From the UHGV virus genome UHGV-0288843: 34,774 nucleotides of DNA; one strand, 5' to 3'. Below the pieces are notes generated by a model that was not told where the DNA came from, did no database searches, and saw only the letters and a list, made by a program, of their open reading frames with translations. The position numbers were made by a program, and so were the translations under genes. Positions 25,301-34,478 of this stretch are shown here, in pieces; the stretch's first letter is position 1, and each line of letters opens with the position of its first letter. Source of the stretch: a virus.

Positions 25301-25698
25301 TAATTTTCCTCCTTAAATGTGGTTAATTTTGCTTGAAAATCTAATAAAAAAACGAACCAACCTTGTTCATCAGCTTCATTAATGAACGGTTTGCTCGTTA
25401 TCATTAAATTATTACACTCAAAAGAGCCATCTTTACTTGATAATTCTTCAATACTTTCTAATACATCTGAAAGAAGCCACAACGTATGCTCTAACTTATT
25501 ACCGTCTTTTGATTTCATGGCAATTTCATAGTTTAACAACTCGTCTTTGATTCCGTCATAATATTCGGTTTCTACCTTACCGCCCGGTAATGAGTAAATC
25601 ACTAAACTTTCTAGTGCTGAAAGGTATCCTTTCCGGATATTTAACGGCAAATTTGGAATCTGATTTATCCTTTCGTTTAAACAATCAAGAAAATCCAT
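25300..25698 (-). CDS. tail completion / tail terminator-like protein
   Basis: Synteny: fourth gene of the head-tail joining block. Confidence 0.4.
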   Translation of the reverse strand: MDFLDCLNERINQIPNLPLNIRKGYLSALESLVIYSLPGGKVETEYYDGIKDELLNYEIAMKSKDGNKLEHTLWLLSDVLESIEELSSKDGSFECNNLMITSKPFINEADEQGWFVFLLDFQAKLTTFKEEN

Positions 25699-26024
25699 TA
25701 TTTAATACCCGCTCCTTTCAAAAAGGCACGTTCCCACGAATTCATATAAGCACCTTTTGCTTTTAAATCCCACCGTGGTCCAGTCCCAGGCGTAGTATAT
25801 TTTTTTCCATTTAGATAAAATTGGCGTTTCGCATATTTTGTACCATAAATAATCTTTTCACCTTCACTTGATAAATGAGCGCTTTGCCTTAAACTATTAT
25901 TTTTTCGTGGTACAAATTGATTCATATCTGCCATCGCTTGATTACCCAGCGCATATCTGCCTCGTCTCATTGCCTCAGGGCTTACTTTGGTTCTTACACC
26001 GCTTAAATTCACCTTAATCCCCAT
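25698..26024 (-). CDS. head-tail joining protein (HK97 gp10-like)
   Basis: Synteny and size (108 aa). Confidence 0.4.
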   Translation of the reverse strand: MGIKVNLSGVRTKVSPEAMRRGRYALGNQAMADMNQFVPRKNNSLRQSAHLSSEGEKIIYGTKYAKRQFYLNGKKYTTPGTGPRWDLKAKGAYMNSWERAFLKGAGIK

Positions 26025-26365
26025 CAGACTACCTCAATCTCATACGAGTAGACATCATTCGAATAGGCTTCAATTACGGTATCAACTTTAGTGATTACGT
26101 GTTCTTTGTCATCGTAAATAACTACTGATTGTTCTTTGAACTCAGGCAAAGGCGTAGTCAATTCGTGATAACAGAAAATCAATCCGTTATACAGCAATTG
26201 TTTGCCACTTGATGAAAAAGTATATTGGCTTCCTCTGTCAATTCGGCAATACTCAATAAGGATCGGTTCCTTGTATACTGGCTTGTTCCAATCGCCCTCC
26301 CCTAAGTACTCTTTATACTCAAAGGAATCAACTAAGAATTTTTTGGGTGGCTTTGGCATTAGCAT
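26024..26365 (-). CDS. head closure protein (gp16-like)
   Basis: Synteny and size (113 aa). Confidence 0.4.
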   Translation of the reverse strand: MLMPKPPKKFLVDSFEYKEYLGEGDWNKPVYKEPILIEYCRIDRGSQYTFSSSGKQLLYNGLIFCYHELTTPLPEFKEQSVVIYDDKEHVITKVDTVIEAYSNDVYSYEIEVV

Positions 26366-26763
26366 GACGAAACACCTCGATATAACAAACCTGTACCTTC
26401 CAGATACAAATAAACGTCTTCGGCAGTTAACGACTTACTTTCGTTATTTCCAGAAGGATTGTAGCGACTGGCATTAGAAATACTCGTACGGCCTGCTGAA
26501 AAGCTTTGAGGGGCATTGTTGATACTTTCATACGTATCCGCACCAACATCGACAAAATACATTATTTGCGCACACAGAGCGAGTTTAAACTGTTTCACTC
26601 TAAATTGCCTAGAATCTTTCGTTATATCATTGAACTGATAAAAGTAATTCGTTACATTATCAATCGCTGCGGTGGCTTTTACTAAATATTTGTCAAAGTT
26701 ATCTTTATATTCATCTGCGGCGCCTGTAAGCTCTTTAAACTCTTCAAAATCAATATAGGACAT
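26359..26763 (-). CDS. head-tail connector protein (gp6/gp15-like)
   Basis: First gene after the capsid gene. Size is 134 aa. Confidence 0.5.
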   Translation of the reverse strand: MSYIDFEEFKELTGAADEYKDNFDKYLVKATAAIDNVTNYFYQFNDITKDSRQFRVKQFKLALCAQIMYFVDVGADTYESINNAPQSFSAGRTSISNASRYNPSGNNESKSLTAEDVYLYLEGTGLLYRGVSSC

Positions 26764-26792
26764 CTTAGATTCCTCCTAAAAAAAGAAGGAGA

Positions 26793-26873
26793 CTAAGCTC
26801 CTTCTTCCATTTCAATAACAACCCCGCTTGTTGTCGGCGTTAGTTTACCAACTTTCGGGGCTACACTTTTGGG
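26793..26873 (-). promoter_or_regulatory. -1 programmed ribosomal frameshift cassette at the 3' end of the major capsid gene. It has the slippery heptamer C CCA AAA (26867-26873), a 6-nt spacer, a stem-loop (26822-26860), and an open -1 frame for ~24 extra codons ending at TAG (26793). An intrinsic terminator hairpin follows (26778-26808)
   Basis: Read directly from the sequence. See findings. Confidence 0.55.
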
Positions 26874-27727
26874 GCAACACCTTTAATAATCGCTTTAGCA
26901 TTTTTTTCAGGGATATATTTGCCATACTTACCTGCCGCTTGTAACGCTGTGCCTGCGAAATCTTCTGAATCCATAGCACGTGCTACTTGAATACCTACGC
27001 CAGCTACACCTACGTTATCAGCTGAAAAAATTGCTACCTCATTTGGTTGAAATTTTTCATCTGGTAACTCTTCTAAAACAAACCCTTTAAATTTGTATAA
27101 AGTTTGTTCATCAACATTAGCGGATGAATTTTTAGAAGTTGTTGCAAGTTTTGAATCAATTAATAAGTCGTAAACGTCTGAATTAACATAGGCAACCCAT
27201 GCAACGTTTTGAGAAACATTGTTATTAACAAATTTCTTATGAGCATTAGAAAATAGTTTTGTAATACCAGCTTCATCTAATGTAGTGGTTAGTTCTTCAC
27301 TTGCATTGTCAGATAATGCTTTGCCTAACAAGTTATCCACATGTTGCGCCCAGGCAACAGCATGCAAAGCTAAGCGCTCTGCTACAACTTGATCAGGAAT
27401 ATCATTTACAGTAAACTGATCGACACCTTCATGAATTGAAAGTGGCGCTTCATATTTAACTTGTTTATTGACTGATTTAACTTCTTTACGTTTACCAAAA
27501 CGGCTTGAGCTGCCTGTCCCTGTTCCAAATCCTACATTTTCATCTGTCGAATATGCTTGAATAACAACGTCCGTATCTGTAACTTTCAAATCTAGAAATG
27601 TATCGTTTTGAGAGACTCCGTCTTTTGTCTGTAAAGTACCTCCGAAAGCACGTAAAAATACTGCTTTTTTAGCAAACAGTTCTGGCAAAATACCTGCATA
27701 TTGTTTAGTGTAATATTTGATTGACAT
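26861..27727 (-). CDS. major capsid protein
   Basis: 288-aa protein immediately after the scaffold gene. A strong terminator lies downstream. Confidence 0.7.
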   Translation of the reverse strand: MSIKYYTKQYAGILPELFAKKAVFLRAFGGTLQTKDGVSQNDTFLDLKVTDTDVVIQAYSTDENVGFGTGTGSSSRFGKRKEVKSVNKQVKYEAPLSIHEGVDQFTVNDIPDQVVAERLALHAVAWAQHVDNLLGKALSDNASEELTTTLDEAGITKLFSNAHKKFVNNNVSQNVAWVAYVNSDVYDLLIDSKLATTSKNSSANVDEQTLYKFKGFVLEELPDEKFQPNEVAIFSADNVGVAGVGIQVARAMDSEDFAGTALQAAGKYGKYIPEKNAKAIIKGVAPKV

Positions 27728-27743
27728 AATTTATTTCTCCTTC

Positions 27744-28298
27744 TTAAATATATTTTTCAACTGCTGCTGCAAACACGTCTGTGTTTCCTTTATCATTTTT
27801 AGGATTTCCAGGGTTAACGATTTGCGGCGTTGAAGCTGGGTCTTTATCGGTTTGAAACAAAAAGGCTTTATTTTCTTGTAGTCCCTTTAATTGTTCCTCA
27901 AAACCTTGTAAATTACCGTCGACAACTTTAATAGTGTCTTTATCTAGTTGACCAAGTAAGATTTCTTCATCAAGCGCATTCGCTTCTTTTAATGCTAATT
28001 TAATTGCGAAATCTTTTTGTTGTTCAGCTAACTGTTTTTCAGAATTATTTTTCGCTTCATCAAACTTTGTTTGTAAATCAGCTAATTTTTGCGTTAAATC
28101 ATCGTTTCCTTGTGCTGATTCTTTTAAGGCCGTCAATTCTTCTTGGTTAGCTTCTAGTTCTTGCTTAGCGCTGTCACGTTCACTCTCTGCAGTAGCAACT
28201 TGCGCATTTAGTTGCGTGACCGTCTTACCATGTAAAGCCATGATAGCCTTCGCTGTTTCTTCCTCAATGCCTAATGCGATTAAATCCTCTTTTTTCAT
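27744..28298 (-). CDS. scaffolding protein. Start at the ATG at 28298 (MKKEDL...)
   Basis: Acidic, coiled-coil-rich protein (ANQEELTALKE...). AGGAGG lies 9 nt upstream of the ATG at 28298. Confidence 0.6.
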   Translation of the reverse strand: MKKEDLIALGIEEETAKAIMALHGKTVTQLNAQVATAESERDSAKQELEANQEELTALKESAQGNDDLTQKLADLQTKFDEAKNNSEKQLAEQQKDFAIKLALKEANALDEEILLGQLDKDTIKVVDGNLQGFEEQLKGLQENKAFLFQTDKDPASTPQIVNPGNPKNDKGNTDVFAAAVEKYI

Positions 28299-28393
28299 AA
28301 ATCTGTTCCTCCTAAGTGTTTTTTGAGTGGCAACTCCCACTGTGAGCCGTCTTTTTGAGACTTCCGAGCAGGTCTAGGTATAAAATAAAAAGC

Positions 28394-28582
28394 CTAACGA
28401 TAGTTAGACCTGTTTTCTTCTCTTTTTAAATATTCTTCGTAATCGGCATCTAATCGATCGTAAGGATCTTCCTTTGTCTCCATATTCACGCGAAACCCAT
28501 ATCTAATAAAAGCGATAGTGATTGCTAGTGATAAACCAATGACTGGCAATCCAATCACAATGGCGATAAATTTTATTAGCAT
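28394..28582 (-). CDS. small membrane protein (62 aa) inside the head module
   Basis: One long transmembrane helix and a charged C-terminus. A hairpin terminator follows (28355-28390). Confidence 0.4.
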   Translation of the reverse strand: MLIKFIAIVIGLPVIGLSLAITIAFIRYGFRVNMETKEDPYDRLDADYEEYLKREENRSNYR

Positions 28583-28633
28583 AGAAACACCTCTTTTTTT
28601 ATTTTATAAATCATAAAATCCCACTTCTTCTCT

Positions 28634-29791
28634 CTAAAAATCGTCATAGCGAAAATCTTTTAGCAACGTATTAACCGGGGTGTAAACTTTTTCACGGGCA
28701 TAATTTCTGCCTAAATACTCATTAGAATCTACTAGTTCTCGTAGTTTCGCTTGGTTTGCTCTTACTTTCTGTTTCCATTGCTTGGCATTGTCAGTATGAT
28801 CTAATGCTTCGGAAACCATTTGATTCTTTTTAAATTTGACTACTTGGCGCTCTAATTGCCGTTGACGTTTCGTCAATTCAGCAACTTTTTCATTTTCCTT
28901 TGCATCAATTTTAGGTTGATTATTTGTATTGATACCAGGGATAAAAGGAATGTGTAAATGATTGCAGTTAATCCCTCTATGCCCGCCAGCAGTTCCATAT
29001 TCTGCGCCCCAATAAGGGTCGTAAATACTCTTATACTTTTCATTACTTGAAACAGATTCACGTAAATCGGCAACGTGTCCTTGAATCTTAGAACAAGCTT
29101 TTCTAGCCCCCATATGGCTAGTGACCAGTACCGTGTGAACGTCATACTCGCTCATACGGTCTTTTCGTAACTTATCATAGGTGTTACCTAATGTAGACTT
29201 TAAAACGGTTCGAACGTAACGTTCCAAGCTCCACGTATGACCGCCTTTATCTACAAATGTTGACTTAATCCCTTTCTGTGCCCAACTTTGTATAGTACGT
29301 TCTAACGCTTCGTCAAATGTAAATAACCCGCTGTTAAATGCAGCGACTGTCTTATTAATGATTTCATTGTACATTTGGCTGGTGGCTGTTCCATAACCGA
29401 AGTTAGTGGATAACAACGTTTGATTTACATAGTTGTTAATATCAGACCACACTTGGTCGTGATAGGCTTTCATAATATTGTCTAAATCTGTTGGCATAGG
29501 CTTTGGATCATAAGGTAATTCTTTATCAATATCTTTTACAATTTTTTGCCCGGTACTTTCAAACATTCGCTCTATTTCAGATTCAGCAATTCCTGTTACT
29601 TGAGAAATGACTTTTGCGGTTTCTTTGTTAAACAAATGTAACTCTTGAAGCTTTTCTCTTTGCCAATCTAAAATATTCTCGTTACCGTTTTTTAAACGCT
29701 TAGCGATGATTCGTATTAATTCGCCCTCTAACGATTGGTAGAGGTGTGACATATTAGAGGACCATAAATCTAATTGATGAGGCGTAATCAT
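28634..29791 (-). CDS. minor head protein, SPP1 gp7 / Mu F family
   Basis: 385-aa protein directly after the portal. The C-terminal region (HRGINCNHLHIPFIPG) is typical of the Mu-F-like family. Confidence 0.65.
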   Translation of the reverse strand: MITPHQLDLWSSNMSHLYQSLEGELIRIIAKRLKNGNENILDWQREKLQELHLFNKETAKVISQVTGIAESEIERMFESTGQKIVKDIDKELPYDPKPMPTDLDNIMKAYHDQVWSDINNYVNQTLLSTNFGYGTATSQMYNEIINKTVAAFNSGLFTFDEALERTIQSWAQKGIKSTFVDKGGHTWSLERYVRTVLKSTLGNTYDKLRKDRMSEYDVHTVLVTSHMGARKACSKIQGHVADLRESVSSNEKYKSIYDPYWGAEYGTAGGHRGINCNHLHIPFIPGINTNNQPKIDAKENEKVAELTKRQRQLERQVVKFKKNQMVSEALDHTDNAKQWKQKVRANQAKLRELVDSNEYLGRNYAREKVYTPVNTLLKDFRYDDF

Positions 29792-31290
29792 TATTCCTCA
29801 TCTCCTAGTTCATTTTCCGCCGATATTCTTTCTTGTTCTGGGTAGTCCATTTCTAACGTTTCTGCTCTAATCTCGTAAACTATTTTTTTGGCCTCTTTTT
29901 CAGTCACACCCGTTAATTTCTGAATAGCGCTTAGTTTTGATGAAAGACCAGCTGTAACTAATTTAGAGTAATAATCAGCTTTGGCATCTTGAGATTGAAA
30001 AACACCGTCATCAAAATCTATATTAATGCCTAGTTCTTTTGAATATTTGAATAGATTAAATGCTGCGGCCAATTCGAATATAGTTGTAATTAATTCTTTT
30101 AATGCTTCTTCCACAATTAAGACATTATCTGAACGGGTAGAAAAAGTCTCAGAATTTTCGCTGATGATTTCCGTAGCTGTTTTGACTGATTGTCCATCAA
30201 AGCTAAATGTTCCACTTGAAAAACCGGTTTGTAATTCAACAATTCGTAAAATAAAATTGATTGTCTCAATAAATTCCTGTGACCGTAACGTAGGAACAAA
30301 TTCACTAATAAAAGGATCGTCTGATTTCAACCGTTGATATACAGATGTCTTACTGTCAAATCGTTTTATAGGATTCCCTTTTTCATCATATCTAACTTTG
30401 AAGAAATGATCTGAAGCTAATATTTTTCTTCTCGCTTCTTCAACTTCATTCATAAATTCATCGTATTTTTCGTTAATATCAATCAATTGGCGCTTCGCGT
30501 TGTCAATAATACCTAAACTCAATGGACTATCGATATCTATGTTGTTTTTTCCAGCTAGTTTTATATAGACAAATAATGGTCGAGTAAATCCGACTAAAGC
30601 AGTCTCCTCTTTTAGTTCCTTGTACTTGTCTAATGTCGGTAATGGTACCCTAACACCTGTTTGAGATTGTTCTTCTGAACGATACAATTCGTTTCTGATA
30701 TAGTAAGTGCTATTTTCCCACTCATGAAATTCTAAAAGTGTGTAATAAACATTTTTCTTACCTTCATTCTGTTGTGTAATCGTAGCAATAGCTGCTTCAG
30801 ATATATCATTAGTGTTGGACTGTAAAGGGTAAAAAGTATCAGCTCGGCAAAAGGATATTTTTATTTTGTTTGTCTTTGTGTCTACATAGGGACGTAGGAC
30901 AAGCCCTCCTATTGCATATCCTGCTTCCAGCTCTTCACCAAAGTTCTTACGAAACTTATTATCGTTAAAAACTGATTGTAAAAACTGGTCCGCTTCATCA
31001 TTATCAATGCTTATCGCACACCCGTCATTAAAGACTAGCTTAGCTAATTTGCGAGAAACTACTTTTGATACATTTAATGAATGAAAAGCCCTGTGCATAC
31101 GCATACCATCACTATTAACGTAGCTCACATCAGGAAACTTATTTTTATATATGCGTTTGTTGTCCATTATTCTATCGATTTCAGCAGTATTTACTCCGAT
31201 TTTTGGATGATCTGTAATTCTATTAAGTGTTTCTACCATACCTATTTTTGCACCTCCAATCCTGAACATCGCTTTTAATTTGTCAAACAT
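29791..31290 (-). CDS. portal protein (SPP1 gp6-like)
   Basis: 499-aa protein between the large terminase and the gp7-like gene. Confidence 0.75.
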   Translation of the reverse strand: MFDKLKAMFRIGGAKIGMVETLNRITDHPKIGVNTAEIDRIMDNKRIYKNKFPDVSYVNSDGMRMHRAFHSLNVSKVVSRKLAKLVFNDGCAISIDNDEADQFLQSVFNDNKFRKNFGEELEAGYAIGGLVLRPYVDTKTNKIKISFCRADTFYPLQSNTNDISEAAIATITQQNEGKKNVYYTLLEFHEWENSTYYIRNELYRSEEQSQTGVRVPLPTLDKYKELKEETALVGFTRPLFVYIKLAGKNNIDIDSPLSLGIIDNAKRQLIDINEKYDEFMNEVEEARRKILASDHFFKVRYDEKGNPIKRFDSKTSVYQRLKSDDPFISEFVPTLRSQEFIETINFILRIVELQTGFSSGTFSFDGQSVKTATEIISENSETFSTRSDNVLIVEEALKELITTIFELAAAFNLFKYSKELGINIDFDDGVFQSQDAKADYYSKLVTAGLSSKLSAIQKLTGVTEKEAKKIVYEIRAETLEMDYPEQERISAENELGDEE

Positions 31291-31305
31291 GTAAACACCT
31301 CTTTT

Positions 31306-32595
31306 CTAGGCGATATAGGTTTTATAAAAGTAATTATTACCATACCTTGCTTCATCAAGTGCATGATTATATTTATCTACGGGCAATCCATTATCATTTC
31401 TCACATACATAGAGATTTCTTTTTCAAAATTATAGTGGTCAAATTCTTCTCCACATTCTAAAACTATAAATTGGCCACTTATCATGGTGTTTTGTAGTCG
31501 TTCTATTCCAACCTCTATCTTTAAACCATTACTTGAAACTTTATCGGAGCTATTGTTATCAGCTTTATCTGTAATAATCCCTATTAAGTCAAGCTCAGAA
31601 CGTAACGTTTTACAGGCAGGATCGACAAAGAAATAATTCCAGTGTGGCAAATGGTTCCATTTTGTATAACACCACTCAACAAACTGTTTAATCTCTTTTG
31701 CATAAATTGACATCGCTTTTGTTTCTCCCGTATCCGTTCCGCTATGATAGTAGTTTGCTAAACGATACAGATAAAATTTCCCAGCATAGAAGGTGACAAC
31801 CCAAAATGCACAGGTAGTTGCATCAGCTTGGCCACCATCAGCAGTAAAAAACGTTTCAATGATGTTTCCTTTTATTTCGGTTGCCTTGTTGTTCTTACCG
31901 AACATCGAGTAAATAACACCTTGTGGTAGCACTCTATGACCATACCAGTCACGTTCTAAAAGATATTCGCTACTTGATAACTCATCGTATAACTGCTGCT
32001 TTCTTGATTCACTTAAGATTGGATTATCATCTGGTGTCCAATGACGAAATAAAAAACGTCCTGATTTCTCAAAACGTTCTAACAATTCTAAATTAGGGTG
32101 ATTCGGTGCTGGCGGATTCTGTTCGCCTAAATGATAGCGCCATTCTGCAGCAAAAGTACGTCTAAAGCACTCATTAATGAAATCTTTATGCAGCAAGTTA
32201 AATTCTAAGAAAGTAACTGAGCCTAACGACATACCCGTAATAGCACCAACCGAATTGATTTTGCCGCCGCCTTTGTAATAAATCTTTTTTTCTCCGTTAG
32301 GTGCATATAAAAGCAAATGGTCCCCATGCTCATCATGTCGAATATCTGAAACACCATCAAAGATATGCATTAAGCCTAAACCGTCACCGTCCATAAACAT
32401 TCGGAAAGCTTGTTCTTGATTATAAGCAGTCACAAGATGGTTCTGGTCTGGTGAGCGTAAATAGAAGTCTGCCATTTTAAATATATCACTGGTGGTTTTT
32501 CCGCTACGAGGAGTGCCTTCGTTTAGTTCAAAGGTTACTTTACTTGTATCATAATTGATATTTGCCACTTGCTTATCACTAAAATTAATTGCCAT
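31306..32595 (-). CDS. terL: terminase large subunit (PBSX/Terminase_3-like)
   Basis: Walker A motif (GTPRSGKT) near the N-terminus. Size is 429 aa. It overlaps terS. Confidence 0.8.
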   Translation of the reverse strand: MAINFSDKQVANINYDTSKVTFELNEGTPRSGKTTSDIFKMADFYLRSPDQNHLVTAYNQEQAFRMFMDGDGLGLMHIFDGVSDIRHDEHGDHLLLYAPNGEKKIYYKGGGKINSVGAITGMSLGSVTFLEFNLLHKDFINECFRRTFAAEWRYHLGEQNPPAPNHPNLELLERFEKSGRFLFRHWTPDDNPILSESRKQQLYDELSSSEYLLERDWYGHRVLPQGVIYSMFGKNNKATEIKGNIIETFFTADGGQADATTCAFWVVTFYAGKFYLYRLANYYHSGTDTGETKAMSIYAKEIKQFVEWCYTKWNHLPHWNYFFVDPACKTLRSELDLIGIITDKADNNSSDKVSSNGLKIEVGIERLQNTMISGQFIVLECGEEFDHYNFEKEISMYVRNDNGLPVDKYNHALDEARYGNNYFYKTYIA

Positions 32596-33430
32596 CGCTC
32601 ACACCTCGTGATTTTACTTCTAACAAGGCTTCTAGCAATTCATTAGCTTTACCTCCAGCGGTTAACTTATCAGCCTTATTCGTAAGTATTTTCGCTTCTG
32701 CTTGAGCTTTTTCAGTTTGCGCTTGTTTTAATTCATCAGTAGCAATATACTTCATCAACTCACTCATAGCCTTTTGCTTATCGTAAAGCTTAACTGATAC
32801 ACCGTCTTTACCTTTTTTAACTTCCTGAATCAATGTACCGTCAACCTCGTTCGAATCTTTAAGAGAGACATTTGAAACTTTGTATGTTTTTACTTCGCCT
32901 GTTTCTTCGTCTATAACCTCTTCACCATTAATATCTTTAAACGGATATTCATCATAACCAAATTCTGTAAAATCGGTAATATCGGCAAATGCTTGCTTAA
33001 CATACTCTTGTATCAAGTCTTTAATATCCACAAACACATCTTGTTGCAACTCTGCTTTTAAACGGTGCAACTCTTTTTTTATGCTATCTTTTGCTATCAA
33101 CCTAATGCTATTGGCTCTAGCTGAATTATAGTCACATCCGTATGCTTGTTGATATGCCTTAGTGGCGTTAAAATGCTGTAAATAAAATAAACAGAACATT
33201 TTCTGTTGCTCTGTTAAAGCATCATTCTCTATAACGGGTTGCGACTCTTTTTTGTATGCAACCTTTTTCTTTTTGGTTGCAACCTCTTTAGGAGGCGCGT
33301 TCCATTTGCGAGATTTCCAAGACTTCACGGTGTTAATAGATACATCGTATTTATCTGCTATATCTTTATACTTCATACCATTTTTATAATCCTCATATGC
33401 TAAGTCCCATTTCTGCACATCCAACGCCAC
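32585..33430 (-). CDS. terS: terminase small subunit (N-terminal helix-turn-helix plus Terminase_2 domain)
   Basis: LTEQQKMFCLFYLQHFNATKAYQQAYGCDYNSARANSIRL matches the Terminase_2 signature. Confidence 0.7.
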   Translation of the reverse strand: MALDVQKWDLAYEDYKNGMKYKDIADKYDVSINTVKSWKSRKWNAPPKEVATKKKKVAYKKESQPVIENDALTEQQKMFCLFYLQHFNATKAYQQAYGCDYNSARANSIRLIAKDSIKKELHRLKAELQQDVFVDIKDLIQEYVKQAFADITDFTEFGYDEYPFKDINGEEVIDEETGEVKTYKVSNVSLKDSNEVDGTLIQEVKKGKDGVSVKLYDKQKAMSELMKYIATDELKQAQTEKAQAEAKILTNKADKLTAGGKANELLEALLEVKSRGVSDGN

Positions 33431-33568
33431 CTCCTAATTAATTTTATGTAAATGTGCGACAGATACATTAATACCTGTTATACTCTTTATATGGTAGTAC
33501 TCCTTTTTTAAAAGCTTAAGTTCAGAGATTACAATCTATCTTAATTTTGACACTAACGCTACCTAGCC

Positions 33569-33634
33569 ACTAGACCCATAATCTAGTGGTTTTTTTACGT
33601 ACAAAAAAAGACCACTCATTTTTATTGAGTAGTC
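33569..33634. terminator. Pair of back-to-back intrinsic terminators upstream of terS. Plus strand: CCACTAGA cccataa TCTAGTGG then T7. Minus strand: GACTACTCA ataaaaa TGAGTGGTC then T7
   Basis: Stems with flanking T-runs on each strand, read directly. Confidence 0.45.
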
Positions 33635-33806
33635 TAAAGATTTATATTAGACTGCCTAGCCAATCTAACACTTATTTAACAATACTAGGTTGCTAGCCAC
33701 TTTATCCTGTTTCCGCAGGCTGGCTAATTCTGAAAGGAGGTGAACCGATCGTTAAAGTAAGAAACATTTATTGACGATTTTTTTATTTAAGTAGCTATGC
33801 TACCTA

Positions 33807-33879
33807 TTGGCGTGACAGGATTCGAACCCGCATCTTATCTCACACGAAGTAAGTTGCATTACCACAATGCTACACGCCA
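33807..33879 (-). ncRNA. tRNA-like element with perfect acceptor stem (TGGCGTG/CACGCCA), D arm (GCAT-TGTGGTA-ATGC) and T arm (T-loop TTCGAAT), but an aberrant anticodon arm (4-bp stem, 12-nt loop)
   Basis: Folded by hand. No canonical anticodon loop could be placed. Confidence 0.35.
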
Positions 33880-34344
33880 AACCAGAAGGAGCGACCTTCT
33901 AGCAATTGCTAATAAATCAAATTAACCTTTACACACTCTCGTCAGAATGTTTTCCCTTCAGGACGTAGCTTTCGCAGACTTTCACGGCTAAAATGATTAT
34001 GTCACTGGCAAGGATTTGCACCTTGTATGGTCTATATTCCACCACAGTGACCAATCAATCAAACACCAGCAAAAACAATTGATTAAGTTTATCCTAAACG
34101 TACCTAGCTGCTACTCTATGAGTTTAGGAATTGCTCTCGTGCATAAGCAGCTGCCGCAGAGATCTGGTTAATGTTCTTATCGTCATATGATGGGATAGAG
34201 CAATATACCTAACCTCGACTAGTATGAATCAGGTAGTTACTACTGCATCCCTAGCAACTATTTGTGTCCCTTGCAAACCTGTAGAAAAAAGAGGAGGTTA
34301 TTCACCTCACTTCATTTTATTGAGAACGTAAGTCTGCAAGTGAC

Positions 34345-34415
34345 CATCGAAAGACAAAGTGAACGGTGACTAAACGAGAAAGTGTGTACTGTGTCCATTT
34401 CTTTGACTTTCGATG
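34345..34415. repeat. 15-bp inverted repeat (CATCGAAAGACAAAG / CTTTGACTTTCGATG, 14 of 15 complementary) enclosing 41 nt
   Basis: Read directly. No adjacent U-run on either strand. Confidence 0.45.
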
Positions 34416-34443
34416 TTACTATATTAGCACTCAAATTCGTATA

Positions 34444-34478
34444 AAAACCGCCAACTTTCCGCCAAAAAACCGCCAAAA
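34444..34478. repeat. Three direct repeats of CCGCCAA (TTGGCGG on the minus strand), 11-12 nt apart, immediately downstream of the arpU-like gene
   Basis: aaaaCCGCCAActttCCGCCAAaaaaCCGCCAAaa. Confidence 0.4.

Noticed and set aside
28873-29145. 90-aa ORF nested inside the gp7-like gene (and 16016..16207 inside the receptor-binding-protein gene, 30117..30305 inside the portal gene)
   Set aside because: Alternative-frame ORFs wholly inside longer, well-supported genes on the same strand. No ribosome-binding site.
33807-33879. Calling the element a functional tRNA gene
   Set aside because: The anticodon arm cannot be folded canonically (4-bp stem, 12-nt loop). It is reported as tRNA-like only.
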